A stretch of DNA of 64,000 nucleotides from a virus. Taxonomy: Duplodnaviria; Caudoviricetes. The DNA is taken from IMG/VR virus record IMGVR_UViG_3300025889_000070; one strand, 5' to 3'. The number at the start of each line of letters is the position of its first letter. The first letter of the stretch is position 1. The translations under genes and the position numbers were made by a program. The notes below the pieces were generated by a model that saw only the letters and a program-made list of their open reading frames with translations, did not search any database and was not told the DNA's origin. Of the stretch, positions 55,199 to 64,000 are shown one piece after another.

Positions 55199-55223
55199 CA
55201 CTATAACCACAAACAAGTATAAT
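55195..55223 (+). promoter_or_regulatory. Sigma70-type promoter
   Basis: TTGACA (55195-55200), 17 nt, TATAAT (55218-55223): full consensus. Confidence 0.85.
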
Positions 55224-55252
55224 TAATTAATCATAAAGCAAAGGATTTTTTA

Positions 55253-55984
55253 ATGAAAGATTATCTGTTAGACATTGTTAAGCATACACACAGCCTAGGT
55301 ATTATTGATCTGGTAAAAATTAACGGAGATGATTCCCAGACAAATATTGAAGGCTTGGCAGAAGATCGCAGTGTCATCCTACAAGGTAAATTCCACAACC
55401 CAGTAGCAGAGTTCATGGGCACGTTTGGTATGCCTAATCTAGACAAGCTGGGTGTTATCCTGCGTATTCCCGAATATGCAGAAAATGCTAAGATTACTAT
55501 TAACACACAGGAACGCAATGGCGAAACAGTTCCAGTTGGTGTACACTTTGAAAATGCTGCTGGCGATTTCCAGAACACATACAGATTTATGAGCAGCGAC
55601 ATTGTCAATGATAAACTTAAAAGTGTTACCATGAAAGCAGTTAACTGGGGTGTAGACTTTGAACCCAGCATTGCTGGTATCCAGCGTCTCAAGATGATGA
55701 TCAGTGCTAACAGCGAACAAAGTGTGTTTACTGCTAGAACAACTGGTAAGGATTTAACTTTTGCTTTTGGTGATGCTAGTTCGCATGCCGGTGAGTTTGT
55801 ATTTCAACCAGATGTTGGTGGTAGTCTCAGCAAAGCCTGGAGTTGGCCAGTTGATAGCATTAGCAAGATCCTAAGTCTAAGCGGCGACATTAGTTACAAG
55901 ATTAGTGATGATGGCGTTAGCCAGATTACAGTTGACAGCGGACTTGGTGTTTACAACTATCTACTTCCTGCACAAACAAAGTAA
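55253..55984 (+). CDS. Sliding clamp (T4 gp45-like)
   Basis: 243 aa, near polymerase, C-terminal Y.LPA; clamp loader present in window; similarity not motif-proven. Confidence 0.7.
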   Translation: MKDYLLDIVKHTHSLGIIDLVKINGDDSQTNIEGLAEDRSVILQGKFHNPVAEFMGTFGMPNLDKLGVILRIPEYAENAKITINTQERNGETVPVGVHFENAAGDFQNTYRFMSSDIVNDKLKSVTMKAVNWGVDFEPSIAGIQRLKMMISANSEQSVFTARTTGKDLTFAFGDASSHAGEFVFQPDVGGSLSKAWSWPVDSISKILSLSGDISYKISDDGVSQITVDSGLGVYNYLLPAQTK

Positions 55985-55992
55985 TAAAAAAC

Positions 55993-56835
55993 GTGTATCT
56001 TGACTACTGTGAATTTTATATAACTAATGTTTGTAATTTAACATGCTCTAACTGTAATAGGTTCAACAACTATAATGTAAAAGGTAGAGTAGATTTTAAC
56101 TATGATCTATACAAGCCCTGGGCAGATAAGCTAAATTTTGGTTATATCGGCATCATAGGCGGAGAGCCGTTGCTGCATCCAAACTTAAAAGATTGGATTA
56201 TAGGTATACACAGTCTTTGGCCTAATACTGCCATACAAATAACTACAAATGGAACGAGAATAAATTACGTAAGAGATTTATTCAATACATTTGTAGAGTG
56301 TAATGTAATCATAGAAATTACACTCCATGATACCATTATTGATAAGTTTGTATTTGAAGAGCTGGAAAAGTTTAAAGAAAAAGGCACAAACTGGCAGAAA
56401 AAAGTTATAGATAATACCCAGCTGGACAGGGACAATAAAGAAATGACCATCACTAATGAATATTTAACATGTGATCAAGGGCTAATGATTAAATTTAACC
56501 CTGGCTACTATTTTCAGTCAGTGCAAATTACAGAGAAGCAACATCAATCTAATAGGGTTAAACCTATTATAGGAGATCCAGAACGTGCCCATTATGTTTG
56601 TGGTATAAAAAACTCTCATACGTTTTACGAAGGTAAATTGTATAAATGCGGGTTTATTCCCAGTATAAAAGAATACTTTAAAACATATAATCATAACGAT
56701 GGTTGGGATCCTGTTTACAAATATGAAGCACATGAATTTGATTCTGACTTAACTAGATTGACAAAACCAGAGAATGTTTGCAGTTTATGTCCTAATAGAA
56801 TAAAAACTAGTAAAGTTATAACATCATTTAAATGA
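55993..56835 (+). CDS. Radical SAM protein (GTG start)
   Basis: CNLTCSNC, GGEPLLHP, TNG, C-terminal Cys. Confidence 0.9.
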   Translation: MYLDYCEFYITNVCNLTCSNCNRFNNYNVKGRVDFNYDLYKPWADKLNFGYIGIIGGEPLLHPNLKDWIIGIHSLWPNTAIQITTNGTRINYVRDLFNTFVECNVIIEITLHDTIIDKFVFEELEKFKEKGTNWQKKVIDNTQLDRDNKEMTITNEYLTCDQGLMIKFNPGYYFQSVQITEKQHQSNRVKPIIGDPERAHYVCGIKNSHTFYEGKLYKCGFIPSIKEYFKTYNHNDGWDPVYKYEAHEFDSDLTRLTKPENVCSLCPNRIKTSKVITSFK

Positions 56836-57719
56836 AAATATCGATTCCAAATTTAGATCTGTTCATAGCGCAAACTTGTAATTTGAGTTGTAGTGGTTGT
56901 ATTACTTTCAGTGACAGTAAACTAGTAAAGGGGATTACAAGATACAATCCGGATCATCTAGAATTCTGGAGTCAACACATACAACCAGCATACATTAATA
57001 TGTTTGGTGGTGAACCCTTACTTAATCCTGATCTGGAATTATGGATCGCTGGTTGTAGTGGATACTGGCCTGCTAGCAACCTAACCATACAAACAAATGG
57101 TGTAAAACTTACAGTCGATCATCTAGATTTAATAGACAAATATGGAGTAAGTTTTCGTATTAGCCAACACATAGCAGATTACAAGAGCACTATAACAGAG
57201 TTTATAGATGCTGCTCTAGCAACTGGCAAGTTTCAGCCCTGGACAAATGAAAATGGACCAGTACAAAATGGTTATGGTGAACAACGTGGCTGGATAAATG
57301 AAAGCGGTGCTAGTATACAATGGACAGAAAGTTATAGTGAAACAGTTTGGTGGCCATTTTATCAGGGAACTGCTGAAGATAGTAACCCTAGTTTCAGTTA
57401 TTTTAGCAATGATTTTGCTAGTAGTTGGAATACCTGTGTAGCCAAAACGTTTGTTAACATGTTTGAAGGTAATCTCTATAAATGTCCAGCAGTTGCTGGT
57501 TTGTTAATAAATGGGCATAGCCTAGGCCTAGATAAAAAAAATTACTGGTCGGACTGGTTTAATAACTATAAAAGGTTGAATATAGGCAGTGATAGTGCTA
57601 CAATAACTGAGTGGTTTAATGAACAGCAAGGACCACAAAGTTGTTGTAATATGTGCTCTAGAAATGTAAGCACAAACGTAGAAGTACAAACAGGAGTAAA
57701 TTCAAAGGTTAAACTATGA
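56832..57719 (+). CDS. Radical SAM protein
   Basis: CNLSCSGC, GGEPLLNP, QTNG, C-terminal C..CP..CCNMC. Confidence 0.9.
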   Translation: MKISIPNLDLFIAQTCNLSCSGCITFSDSKLVKGITRYNPDHLEFWSQHIQPAYINMFGGEPLLNPDLELWIAGCSGYWPASNLTIQTNGVKLTVDHLDLIDKYGVSFRISQHIADYKSTITEFIDAALATGKFQPWTNENGPVQNGYGEQRGWINESGASIQWTESYSETVWWPFYQGTAEDSNPSFSYFSNDFASSWNTCVAKTFVNMFEGNLYKCPAVAGLLINGHSLGLDKKNYWSDWFNNYKRLNIGSDSATITEWFNEQQGPQSCCNMCSRNVSTNVEVQTGVNSKVKL

Positions 57720-57943
57720 AAAACAGAGATAAAATTAGAATTTTAGAAGATCAACATCGTAGACTAGATAGTGCTTGTTATGAACTTGAGCGCCTGAGAG
57801 AACTGGATCGTAGTGAGGATATGAAATTTAAACTACAGGACCTTAAGAAGAAAAAACTTGCTGTAAAAGACGAAATTGCTTTCTTAATGAAAAGCGAATT
57901 GGCTGAACAAGAAGCATTTGATTTTGAAAATTATGAAAGATAG
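57716..57943 (+). CDS. DUF465/YdcH-like small coiled-coil protein
   Basis: LEDQHRRLD...LKKKKLAVKDEI. Confidence 0.7.
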   Translation: MKNRDKIRILEDQHRRLDSACYELERLRELDRSEDMKFKLQDLKKKKLAVKDEIAFLMKSELAEQEAFDFENYER

Positions 57944-57948
57944 TTTTC

Positions 57949-58578
57949 ATGACTGAAAGATATTATAAAGTATACTTGTTGGGATATGGAGGCGAACATG
58001 TTATTGGCACTCTTACAAAAGAACAATATGATTTTTGGAAAGATCTAGAAGAAGAAGACATTATTAACCATGCGTTCTGGGATCCATGGGACGAAAGTGA
58101 TGAGAATCCTGTGTTTGACGATACTGATCCAAGATTTTTGGGAAACTGGTATGATCTAGATGACTTAATGCATGAAAATGGCGTATCTGCCGAAAATGCT
58201 CTAATAACTATAGAAGAAGTTGATAGTTCTGATTATGATGCTAAAATATTAGAGACACTAATAGAAAATGTATCCTGGGAAGAGTTTGTAGAAAAATACA
58301 ATATAAGCCTGGGTAAAGATCAGGTTATAGATTTAGAAGAAACCATGGATTATACAGAATATACCTTTCACGGGTTCGCTGCGGAAAAGGGTTGTTTAGG
58401 CGTGTATGTTATTAAAACAGACAGTGAGTTAGACATTAATAAATTAAACTTTTGCTTGACACATGTGCCAAATACGGATACAATATTAGAACTAATCGAT
58501 TATGCTGGTCAGGACGTGGATCGCGAAGGTGGCGATACAATAGGCAAAGGGTACTACGCAAGTGTCCAACAAAATTAG
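57949..58578 (+). CDS. Acidic hypothetical protein
   Basis: 209-aa D/E-rich ORF. Confidence 0.7.
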   Translation: MTERYYKVYLLGYGGEHVIGTLTKEQYDFWKDLEEEDIINHAFWDPWDESDENPVFDDTDPRFLGNWYDLDDLMHENGVSAENALITIEEVDSSDYDAKILETLIENVSWEEFVEKYNISLGKDQVIDLEETMDYTEYTFHGFAAEKGCLGVYVIKTDSELDINKLNFCLTHVPNTDTILELIDYAGQDVDREGGDTIGKGYYASVQQN

Positions 58579-58816
58579 TGACAGTGAGATGCAAGAAGTT
58601 TATGACAGATTTTTTACTCTAGCTATGACTATAGCAGAAGAAAAAGACGATATTTCACTTGTTGCTGGTATCATGCTAGCACAGGCAATGCGTTTATACA
58701 AGACCATGCTTGGTGAACAAGACTTTCTTGATCTATGTGAAACAGTGTATGAAACATCTAAAGAAATAAAACCTTTAGACCTAGAAACCTACGATTTATC
58801 TAAAACTTTTCACTGA
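58562..58816 (+). CDS. Hypothetical protein (GTG start)
   Basis: Overlapping ORF in operon. Confidence 0.6.
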   Translation: MSNKISDSEMQEVYDRFFTLAMTIAEEKDDISLVAGIMLAQAMRLYKTMLGEQDFLDLCETVYETSKEIKPLDLETYDLSKTFH

Positions 58817-58834
58817 AAGGAAAAAATCAAAACT

Positions 58835-59005
58835 ATGTTTGCTGTTAAGGTATTAGTTGATGATACTTGGTTGTACGTTACTAAAACGGATCAGCCTGAT
58901 CCAATATTATTTGATACTGAAGATGAAGCCGAAGATTTTGCTAGTGCGTGGCGGCTATCCGGTGCAGAAGGAAATGTAAAGGTGGTGAACTATGACGGGC
59001 TTTAA
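58835..59005 (+). CDS. Small hypothetical protein (56 aa), not in the ORF track
   Basis: AAAGG RBS; MFAVKVLVDDTWLYV...VVNYDGL*. Confidence 0.65.
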   Translation: MFAVKVLVDDTWLYVTKTDQPDPILFDTEDEAEDFASAWRLSGAEGNVKVVNYDGL

Positions 59006-59165
59006 AAACAAACAAGACTACACTGACTGGGCTTACTATCAGATGAAAAAGTACGGTATTCGTATGCCAGAAACATATTCAGCTGATGAATTGGAATATC
59101 TTAATCCCAGTGTTCCCAGAGATTTTATTGATAACCTTGTAAAGCAGAGAGACAACAATGGCTGA
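58992..59165 (+). CDS. Small hypothetical protein (57 aa), not in the ORF track
   Basis: GGTG RBS; MTGFKNKQDYTDWAYYQMKKYG...DNNG*. Confidence 0.6.
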   Translation: MTGFKNKQDYTDWAYYQMKKYGIRMPETYSADELEYLNPSVPRDFIDNLVKQRDNNG

Positions 59166-59616
59166 AACCAGAGAAAGTCATGACGAATATATCCTACGTA
59201 AGATGCGTGAAGAAAGTCTAAAAGATCGCTTACGCAGAGCGGACAAAATGATCTGGGTAACCTTCCAGAAAGAAGGTATCCACAAGTATCCTGCTGCTCT
59301 CAACGATCCTAAACTAGCAACTGGCGATGAATATGATGTAAGTTTCCTGGGATATCCGCACAGGCACATATTTCATTTCCGTGTATGGATCGAAGTATTC
59401 CATGATGATCGCGATATTGAATTTATACAATTCAAGCGTTGGTTGGAAAACTTATATAAAGACGGAACATTAGAATTAGATTTTAAATCTTGCGAAATGA
59501 TCAGCGATGATTTGTACTTACAAATCCTGGAACGCTATCCAGGTCGTAATGTTCAAATTGAGGTAAGCGAAGACGGTGAGAACGGTTCACAAACTTTTTA
59601 TAACAAGGATATTTAA
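59158..59616 (+). CDS. queD: QueD/6-pyruvoyl-tetrahydropterin synthase-like T-fold protein
   Basis: HRH metal-binding pair, D..EF..FK, SCEM.., V.EDGEN; tgt/dpdA-like gene 3.8 kb downstream. Confidence 0.65.
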   Translation: MAETRESHDEYILRKMREESLKDRLRRADKMIWVTFQKEGIHKYPAALNDPKLATGDEYDVSFLGYPHRHIFHFRVWIEVFHDDRDIEFIQFKRWLENLYKDGTLELDFKSCEMISDDLYLQILERYPGRNVQIEVSEDGENGSQTFYNKDI

Positions 59617-59617
59617 A

Positions 59618-59830
59618 ATGAAACAAGAAGTAACACGAGTATTTGACGACCTAGACGATTTCCTACGTTTTTGTGCAACGTTTGGTCACCCCTATAACGA
59701 GGCTGATCTATATAACGACGAAAGCGAAGTATATCAGCAGTATCGCATGCTAAAAGATGGCAAGCGTATCAGCAACAACTGGATGCGAGATGCTAAAATT
59801 CATGGACACCGAATTTTTGGAAACAGATAA
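59618..59830 (+). CDS. Hypothetical protein
   Basis: AAGGA RBS; start ATG 59618. Confidence 0.7.
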   Translation: MKQEVTRVFDDLDDFLRFCATFGHPYNEADLYNDESEVYQQYRMLKDGKRISNNWMRDAKIHGHRIFGNR

Positions 59831-60171
59831 TGTCTCCGGAACAAGCAAAATTTCCCTATAGTGTTGTTGTTAAAAGCGAACATTATACACAACGAGCAAA
59901 TCATCTACCTGTTCAAGGGGGAGCATTAAACGCTGGTTACACCGTCGCGCCGGCGCGACGGCCGGCACCAGTGGATGCCCTTTGTATGATCAGTAATTTA
60001 CTTGGCAAACACGGTCTACAGTACAATGTAGACTGGTGGTGGGAAGGTTTTGGTAGTGGAGATTATAATCCAAACACTGGGCATACTAGTAGGATACAAT
60101 TAAGGTTTAAAAAAGAAGAACACAAATTACTTCTCCATCTTAGCCCAGACATGGATCACAGGTTATGTTAA
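59830..60171 (+). CDS. Hypothetical protein
   Basis: TAATG-coupled ORF. Confidence 0.6.
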   Translation: MSPEQAKFPYSVVVKSEHYTQRANHLPVQGGALNAGYTVAPARRPAPVDALCMISNLLGKHGLQYNVDWWWEGFGSGDYNPNTGHTSRIQLRFKKEEHKLLLHLSPDMDHRLC

Positions 60172-60992
60172 CAAATGTATTACTAATAGGTGGTGCTGGA
60201 TTTATAGGCGGGCATCTTAAAAATAAACTAGAGTCTAATGGTACCACTGTTGATGTCATTGACAAAAAACATGGAAAAAATATACTGGACGAATATGCTC
60301 TAGTAGCAGACAGAGAATATAGTCATGTAGTATTTTTAGCAGCAGAAGCAAATCTTAGAGCAGTAAAACGAAATCCTGTTGATGCTATCAAAACAATGAC
60401 TGTAGGTTTAATGAACTGTTTGAAATATTATTCAGACAGTCATTTTACATATATTAGTAGTAGTATGGTTTATGGCAACTGGGCTGGAGACAGTGTAAGT
60501 GAAAATGATGCTCGAGCTCCTATAGACTTGTATGGCCAACTTAAACTGGCTGGAGAAGGCATTGTTAAAGAATTACACAGCAACTATACCATTATAAGGC
60601 CCACGGCAGTTTATGGTCCTGGTGATGATCCTACTAGAGTACTTCCACACTTTATAAACCTAGCAAGACAAAATCAAATACTTACAGTAAAAGGGTCTAA
60701 CAACATGCTAGATTTTACGCATGTTGACGATATTATACAAGGAATTATACTGGGTATGAATAGACCTAAATACAGTACAGGCGTTTACAACATAAGTTAC
60801 GGTAACGCAGTACCCTTAGAAACTGTAGCTAAATACATTACAAAGTGCTTGGGCACCGGATCAGTTAAAGTAGATCCGCTGGACTTAGAATACCCAAAAC
60901 GTGGCAGCATGAATATCACAAAAGCAAGAACTGAACTGGGATACAAGCCTACAACGCACGTATTTGATGGTATAAATGAACTATTATCATAA
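60165..60992 (+). CDS. NAD-dependent NDP-sugar epimerase/dehydratase (extended SDR)
   Basis: GGAGFIG, SSSMVYG, YGQLK (YxxxK), R...VYGPG, DFTHVDD. Confidence 0.92.
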   Translation: MLTNVLLIGGAGFIGGHLKNKLESNGTTVDVIDKKHGKNILDEYALVADREYSHVVFLAAEANLRAVKRNPVDAIKTMTVGLMNCLKYYSDSHFTYISSSMVYGNWAGDSVSENDARAPIDLYGQLKLAGEGIVKELHSNYTIIRPTAVYGPGDDPTRVLPHFINLARQNQILTVKGSNNMLDFTHVDDIIQGIILGMNRPKYSTGVYNISYGNAVPLETVAKYITKCLGTGSVKVDPLDLEYPKRGSMNITKARTELGYKPTTHVFDGINELLS

Positions 60993-61001
60993 GGATATTT
61001 A

Positions 61002-62225
61002 ATGTATATTGGTTTTATAGGGTTAGGTAAACTTGGCATGCCCTGTGCTGAAGCAATGGCACAAAAATACGACGTAACAGGATACGATATACAGCCAAAA
61101 ACCAGCAACTTAGTAGACATAGTATCTAACTTAGAGCAAGCAGTTACAAACAAAGACCTAGTATTTGTTGCTATTCAAACACCACATCAGCAGGAATACG
61201 ATGGTAGCCAACCGTGCATGGACCTTGAACCCAAGGACTTTGATTACAGTCAAGTAAAGCAGTGCTTACAAGAAATAAACAAATATGCAAATAAGCACAC
61301 GTTAGTAGTTCTTATTAGCACAGTGTTGCCGGGTACGGTTCGCAGAGAACTAGCACCACTAATCACCCAGGCTCGTTTTATATACAACCCATACCTAATA
61401 GCAATGGGTAGTGTTAGTTGGGACATGATTAATCCAGAAATGGTTATCGTTGGTACAAAAAACGGCAGTTATACAGACGATGCTACATTAATTATTGACT
61501 TTTACAAGGAGTTAATGGAGAACAATCCACGTTATGTTGTAGGAACCTGGGAAGAAGCAGAAAGCATTAAGATTTTTTATAATACATTTATTAGTGCTAA
61601 ACTAAGTCTTGTAAACATGATCCAGGATGTTAGTATGAAATTGGGTAATATGAATGTTGATGTTGTAACGGATGCACTATCAAGAAGCACACAACGTATC
61701 ATGGGTCCACAATATATGAAAGCTGGCATGGGAGATGGCGGTCCTTGTCATCCCAGAGACAATATTGCTCTACGTTTTATGGTACAAGAACTTGGGTTAG
61801 GCTATGACTTGTTTGATGCTATTATGCAAGCCAGAGAAATACAAGCTGAAAACGTTGCTTTTAAACTAGTAGATTTAGCTAATGAATATAATATGCAGAT
61901 TGTCATACACGGTAAAGCATACAAGCCACAAGTTCCATATTTAGAAGGCAGCTATAGTTTGCTAATTGGACACTACTGTAAAAAACTAGGGTTTGATCCT
62001 GTATATGTTGATCCAGAAACCGGTGATGCATTTGAACCTACAGAGCCTTGTGTTTTTTTACTAGCGCACAGCGCCAACACTACTTATAAGTATACTAACA
62101 ATCAACCAGTTGATACTAATACAATGTACTGTTTAGTGCCTGACGGAAGTGTTGTTGTTGACATGTGGAGAAACTATACCAATAACAAGTGTACAGTTAT
62201 TCATTATGGAAATACACGTGACTAA
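61002..62225 (+). CDS. ugd: UDP-glucose/GDP-mannose dehydrogenase family
   Basis: GLGKLG, STV.PGT, YNP, E..KIFYN, GGPCHPRD, G.AYKP. Confidence 0.9.
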   Translation: MYIGFIGLGKLGMPCAEAMAQKYDVTGYDIQPKTSNLVDIVSNLEQAVTNKDLVFVAIQTPHQQEYDGSQPCMDLEPKDFDYSQVKQCLQEINKYANKHTLVVLISTVLPGTVRRELAPLITQARFIYNPYLIAMGSVSWDMINPEMVIVGTKNGSYTDDATLIIDFYKELMENNPRYVVGTWEEAESIKIFYNTFISAKLSLVNMIQDVSMKLGNMNVDVVTDALSRSTQRIMGPQYMKAGMGDGGPCHPRDNIALRFMVQELGLGYDLFDAIMQAREIQAENVAFKLVDLANEYNMQIVIHGKAYKPQVPYLEGSYSLLIGHYCKKLGFDPVYVDPETGDAFEPTEPCVFLLAHSANTTYKYTNNQPVDTNTMYCLVPDGSVVVDMWRNYTNNKCTVIHYGNTRD

Positions 62226-62733
62226 TTGGCACATAGACAAAATAGAATCTTTTTGGGACAATGATCATCAATTCCTAAACTACGAATCAGAAAATTTTAA
62301 CAATCCCGACGATATTTTAAATTGGCAAGGAAAAGGATATAAACCACCATTTGTTGGTGAACTCTGCGACATGCGTAAACCACAGGCTTGGTACACAGAT
62401 AATGTCGTGGAATACTTTAAAAACAAGTATAGCATAGAAAACGTTGGTACAAGTTTTTACAGAATGTCCACAGGCATTATACTTCCTAAACACCGAGACA
62501 CATACAAAAAATACAGAGAATTGTTTGGGGTTAGTGTACACCAAATCCAACGTATTATAGTTTTTTTAGAAAACTGGCGCAGCGGACATTATTTTGAAAT
62601 TGAAGGCACACCAATTGTAGATTGGCAAGCCGGAGATTATGTTTGGTGGAGAGGCGATGCAGAACACATGGCAGCTAACCTAGGAACGGAATATAGATAT
62701 ACGCTACAGATAACAGGACATGATGGATTATAA
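62206..62733 (+). CDS. Asp/Asn beta-hydroxylase-like 2OG-Fe(II) oxygenase
   Basis: PKHRD (HxD), W..G...EH..AN, R..LQ; start ATG 62206. Confidence 0.7.
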   Translation: MEIHVTNWHIDKIESFWDNDHQFLNYESENFNNPDDILNWQGKGYKPPFVGELCDMRKPQAWYTDNVVEYFKNKYSIENVGTSFYRMSTGIILPKHRDTYKKYRELFGVSVHQIQRIIVFLENWRSGHYFEIEGTPIVDWQAGDYVWWRGDAEHMAANLGTEYRYTLQITGHDGL

Positions 62734-63325
62734 GGTTCTTGAAGATTTTGAAAACTTATTAAGTAAGTATACTGGTGCTCCTTATGTTGTTCTTACTGAC
62801 AGTTGTACTCATGCTGTAGAACTTTGCATACGTCAGCAAAAGTGGCAGGGCCCGGTTATACTTCCTCCAAAAACATATATTAGCATACCCATGACCATGC
62901 ATAAACTTGGTTTACAAGTTTACTGGGATCACGAATATAACTGGAAACACCAGTATAGAATTGCGCCCACAAATATCTGGGATAGTGCTCGAGCATTTGA
63001 TAAAAATATGTACAAGCCAGGTGCTTGGCAGTGTTTAAGTTTCGGCTGGGACAAAAGGTTAGCCATTGGCCATGGTGGGGCTATATTGTTAGACAAAAAA
63101 AGCGATTACATTTCGCTTAAATGTATGGCATATGACGGCAGATTTCTAGATATAAAACCCTGGCAAGAACAATCTAATTGGCAGTTAGGTTTTCATTATA
63201 ATATGAGACTGGAAGACGCTGCTAAAGGTATAGAACTATTATCTCAACCTGATAAATTGCCAATGATGTATACGCAGGTAAAAGAGTATCCTGACGTGAG
63301 CAAAATTAAAATTAAACTTGACTAA
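62720..63325 (+). CDS. Short DegT/DnrJ/EryC1/StrS-like PLP-dependent aminotransferase
   Basis: DSCTHA, DSA, SFGWDKRL..G.GG (PLP Lys), G..YNM. Confidence 0.8.
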   Translation: MMDYKVLEDFENLLSKYTGAPYVVLTDSCTHAVELCIRQQKWQGPVILPPKTYISIPMTMHKLGLQVYWDHEYNWKHQYRIAPTNIWDSARAFDKNMYKPGAWQCLSFGWDKRLAIGHGGAILLDKKSDYISLKCMAYDGRFLDIKPWQEQSNWQLGFHYNMRLEDAAKGIELLSQPDKLPMMYTQVKEYPDVSKIKIKLD

Positions 63326-63346
63326 TCGTCTAAATAATCTTATCAT
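63318..63346 (+). promoter_or_regulatory. Sigma70-type promoter
   Basis: TTGACT (63318-63323), 17 nt, TATCAT (63341-63346). Confidence 0.6.
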
Positions 63347-63371
63347 TAATAATAAAAAAAGGTACAACTAT

Positions 63372-64000
63372 ATGGCAGTTAGAATAAATCTAAGTGAAAA
63401 AAATCATGACTATGCAGTGTTCACACCTGCGCTTAGTGGCTTTTATCAGAGTTATGTAAGCAAGCAACAGCAAGATCCCAATCATGTAGAACAATCACGT
63501 ATACCAGCAAAGTTTGAAAATGGTATTGAAGGCTTGAACTTCTTAAATCCTGAGCAGGGATACTTTACCTACAATCATGTTCTTTACAGTGCTGGACATG
63601 CTGAACTAGACATGGCTAAAGCAGTGGATCGTGAAAGTATGATCCATAAGCGTGATAGAAACAATACTGTGCTTATTGGTGACAGTGGCGGGTTCCAGAT
63701 TAGTAAAGGTGTGTGGCAGGGTAACTGGCTAGAGCCTGAAGGGCAATGTGCTGACACAGACAAAAAGCGTGGTGTAGTTCTCAACTGGTTAGAAAATACA
63801 GCAGACTACAGCATGGTACTGGATATCCCCACAAACGGTTTGAACTTCATAGACGAAACAACAGGCAAACCTAGATGTGGTTTGAATGACTATGCTGAGT
63901 TCCGTGATGCTACTCGAGCCAACAATAACTATTTCTTTAAACATAGACAGGGCAAAACAAAGTTCCTAAACGTGCTACAGGGCAGTACATATGAACAAGC
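63372..64000 (+). CDS. tRNA-guanine transglycosylase/DpdA-like protein, partial (runs off window; not in ORF track)
   Basis: Open from ATG 63372 (MAVRINLSEKNHD...) to the end; IGDSGGFQI TGT signature, MVLDIP, FLNVLQG. Confidence 0.85.
   Translation, partial: MAVRINLSEKNHDYAVFTPALSGFYQSYVSKQQQDPNHVEQSRIPAKFENGIEGLNFLNPEQGYFTYNHVLYSAGHAELDMAKAVDRESMIHKRDRNNTVLIGDSGGFQISKGVWQGNWLEPEGQCADTDKKRGVVLNWLENTADYSMVLDIPTNGLNFIDETTGKPRCGLNDYAEFRDATRANNNYFFKHRQGKTKFLNVLQGSTYEQ

Noticed and set aside
590-63784. Numerous short alternate-frame and antisense ORFs in the track (e.g. 9883-10389, 22614-23150, 42732-43142, 53178-53669, 55261-55692, 63584-63784)
   Set aside because: They overlap well-supported genes, lack RBS or motifs, and are typical shadow ORFs
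1-64000. Stop-codon reassignment, as in some large phages
   Set aside because: Long conserved genes (polB, clpA, prkA, spoVR) are uninterrupted in code 11, and TAA, TAG and TGA all end genes with tight coupling

Overview
A 64 kb, AT-rich, densely coding, mostly + strand segment of a large lytic dsDNA tailed phage (myovirus-like, probably aquatic). Its replisome is T4-related: family B polymerase, sliding clamp and clamp loader. It has T4-late-like (A/C/T)TAAATA motifs and sigma70-type early promoters. The host is Gram-negative, judged from an endolysin plus overlapping i-/o-spanins. The window holds baseplate/structural genes and a ~12 kb block of ORFs with capsid-targeting-like N-termini, including a 1526-aa multi-enzyme protein that looks like a protease-processed polyprotein. 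It also holds a chaperone/protease kit (GroES, DnaJ, ClpA, ClpP) and many host-like genes: iscA, phoH, prkA/yeaG-yeaH-spoVR, tctA-tctC, a PiT-like transporter with a candidate Pho box, MscS-like, and a MotA/ExbB-ExbD-like trio. At the right end, QueD-like and TGT/DpdA-like genes bracket NDP-sugar enzymes. A ~207-nt GC-rich multi-hairpin intergenic element (10951-11157) is a candidate unclassified structured RNA. I saw no tRNA, rRNA, CRISPR array, integrase, transposase, intron or intein. All family calls come from motif recognition by eye; no database searches were run.
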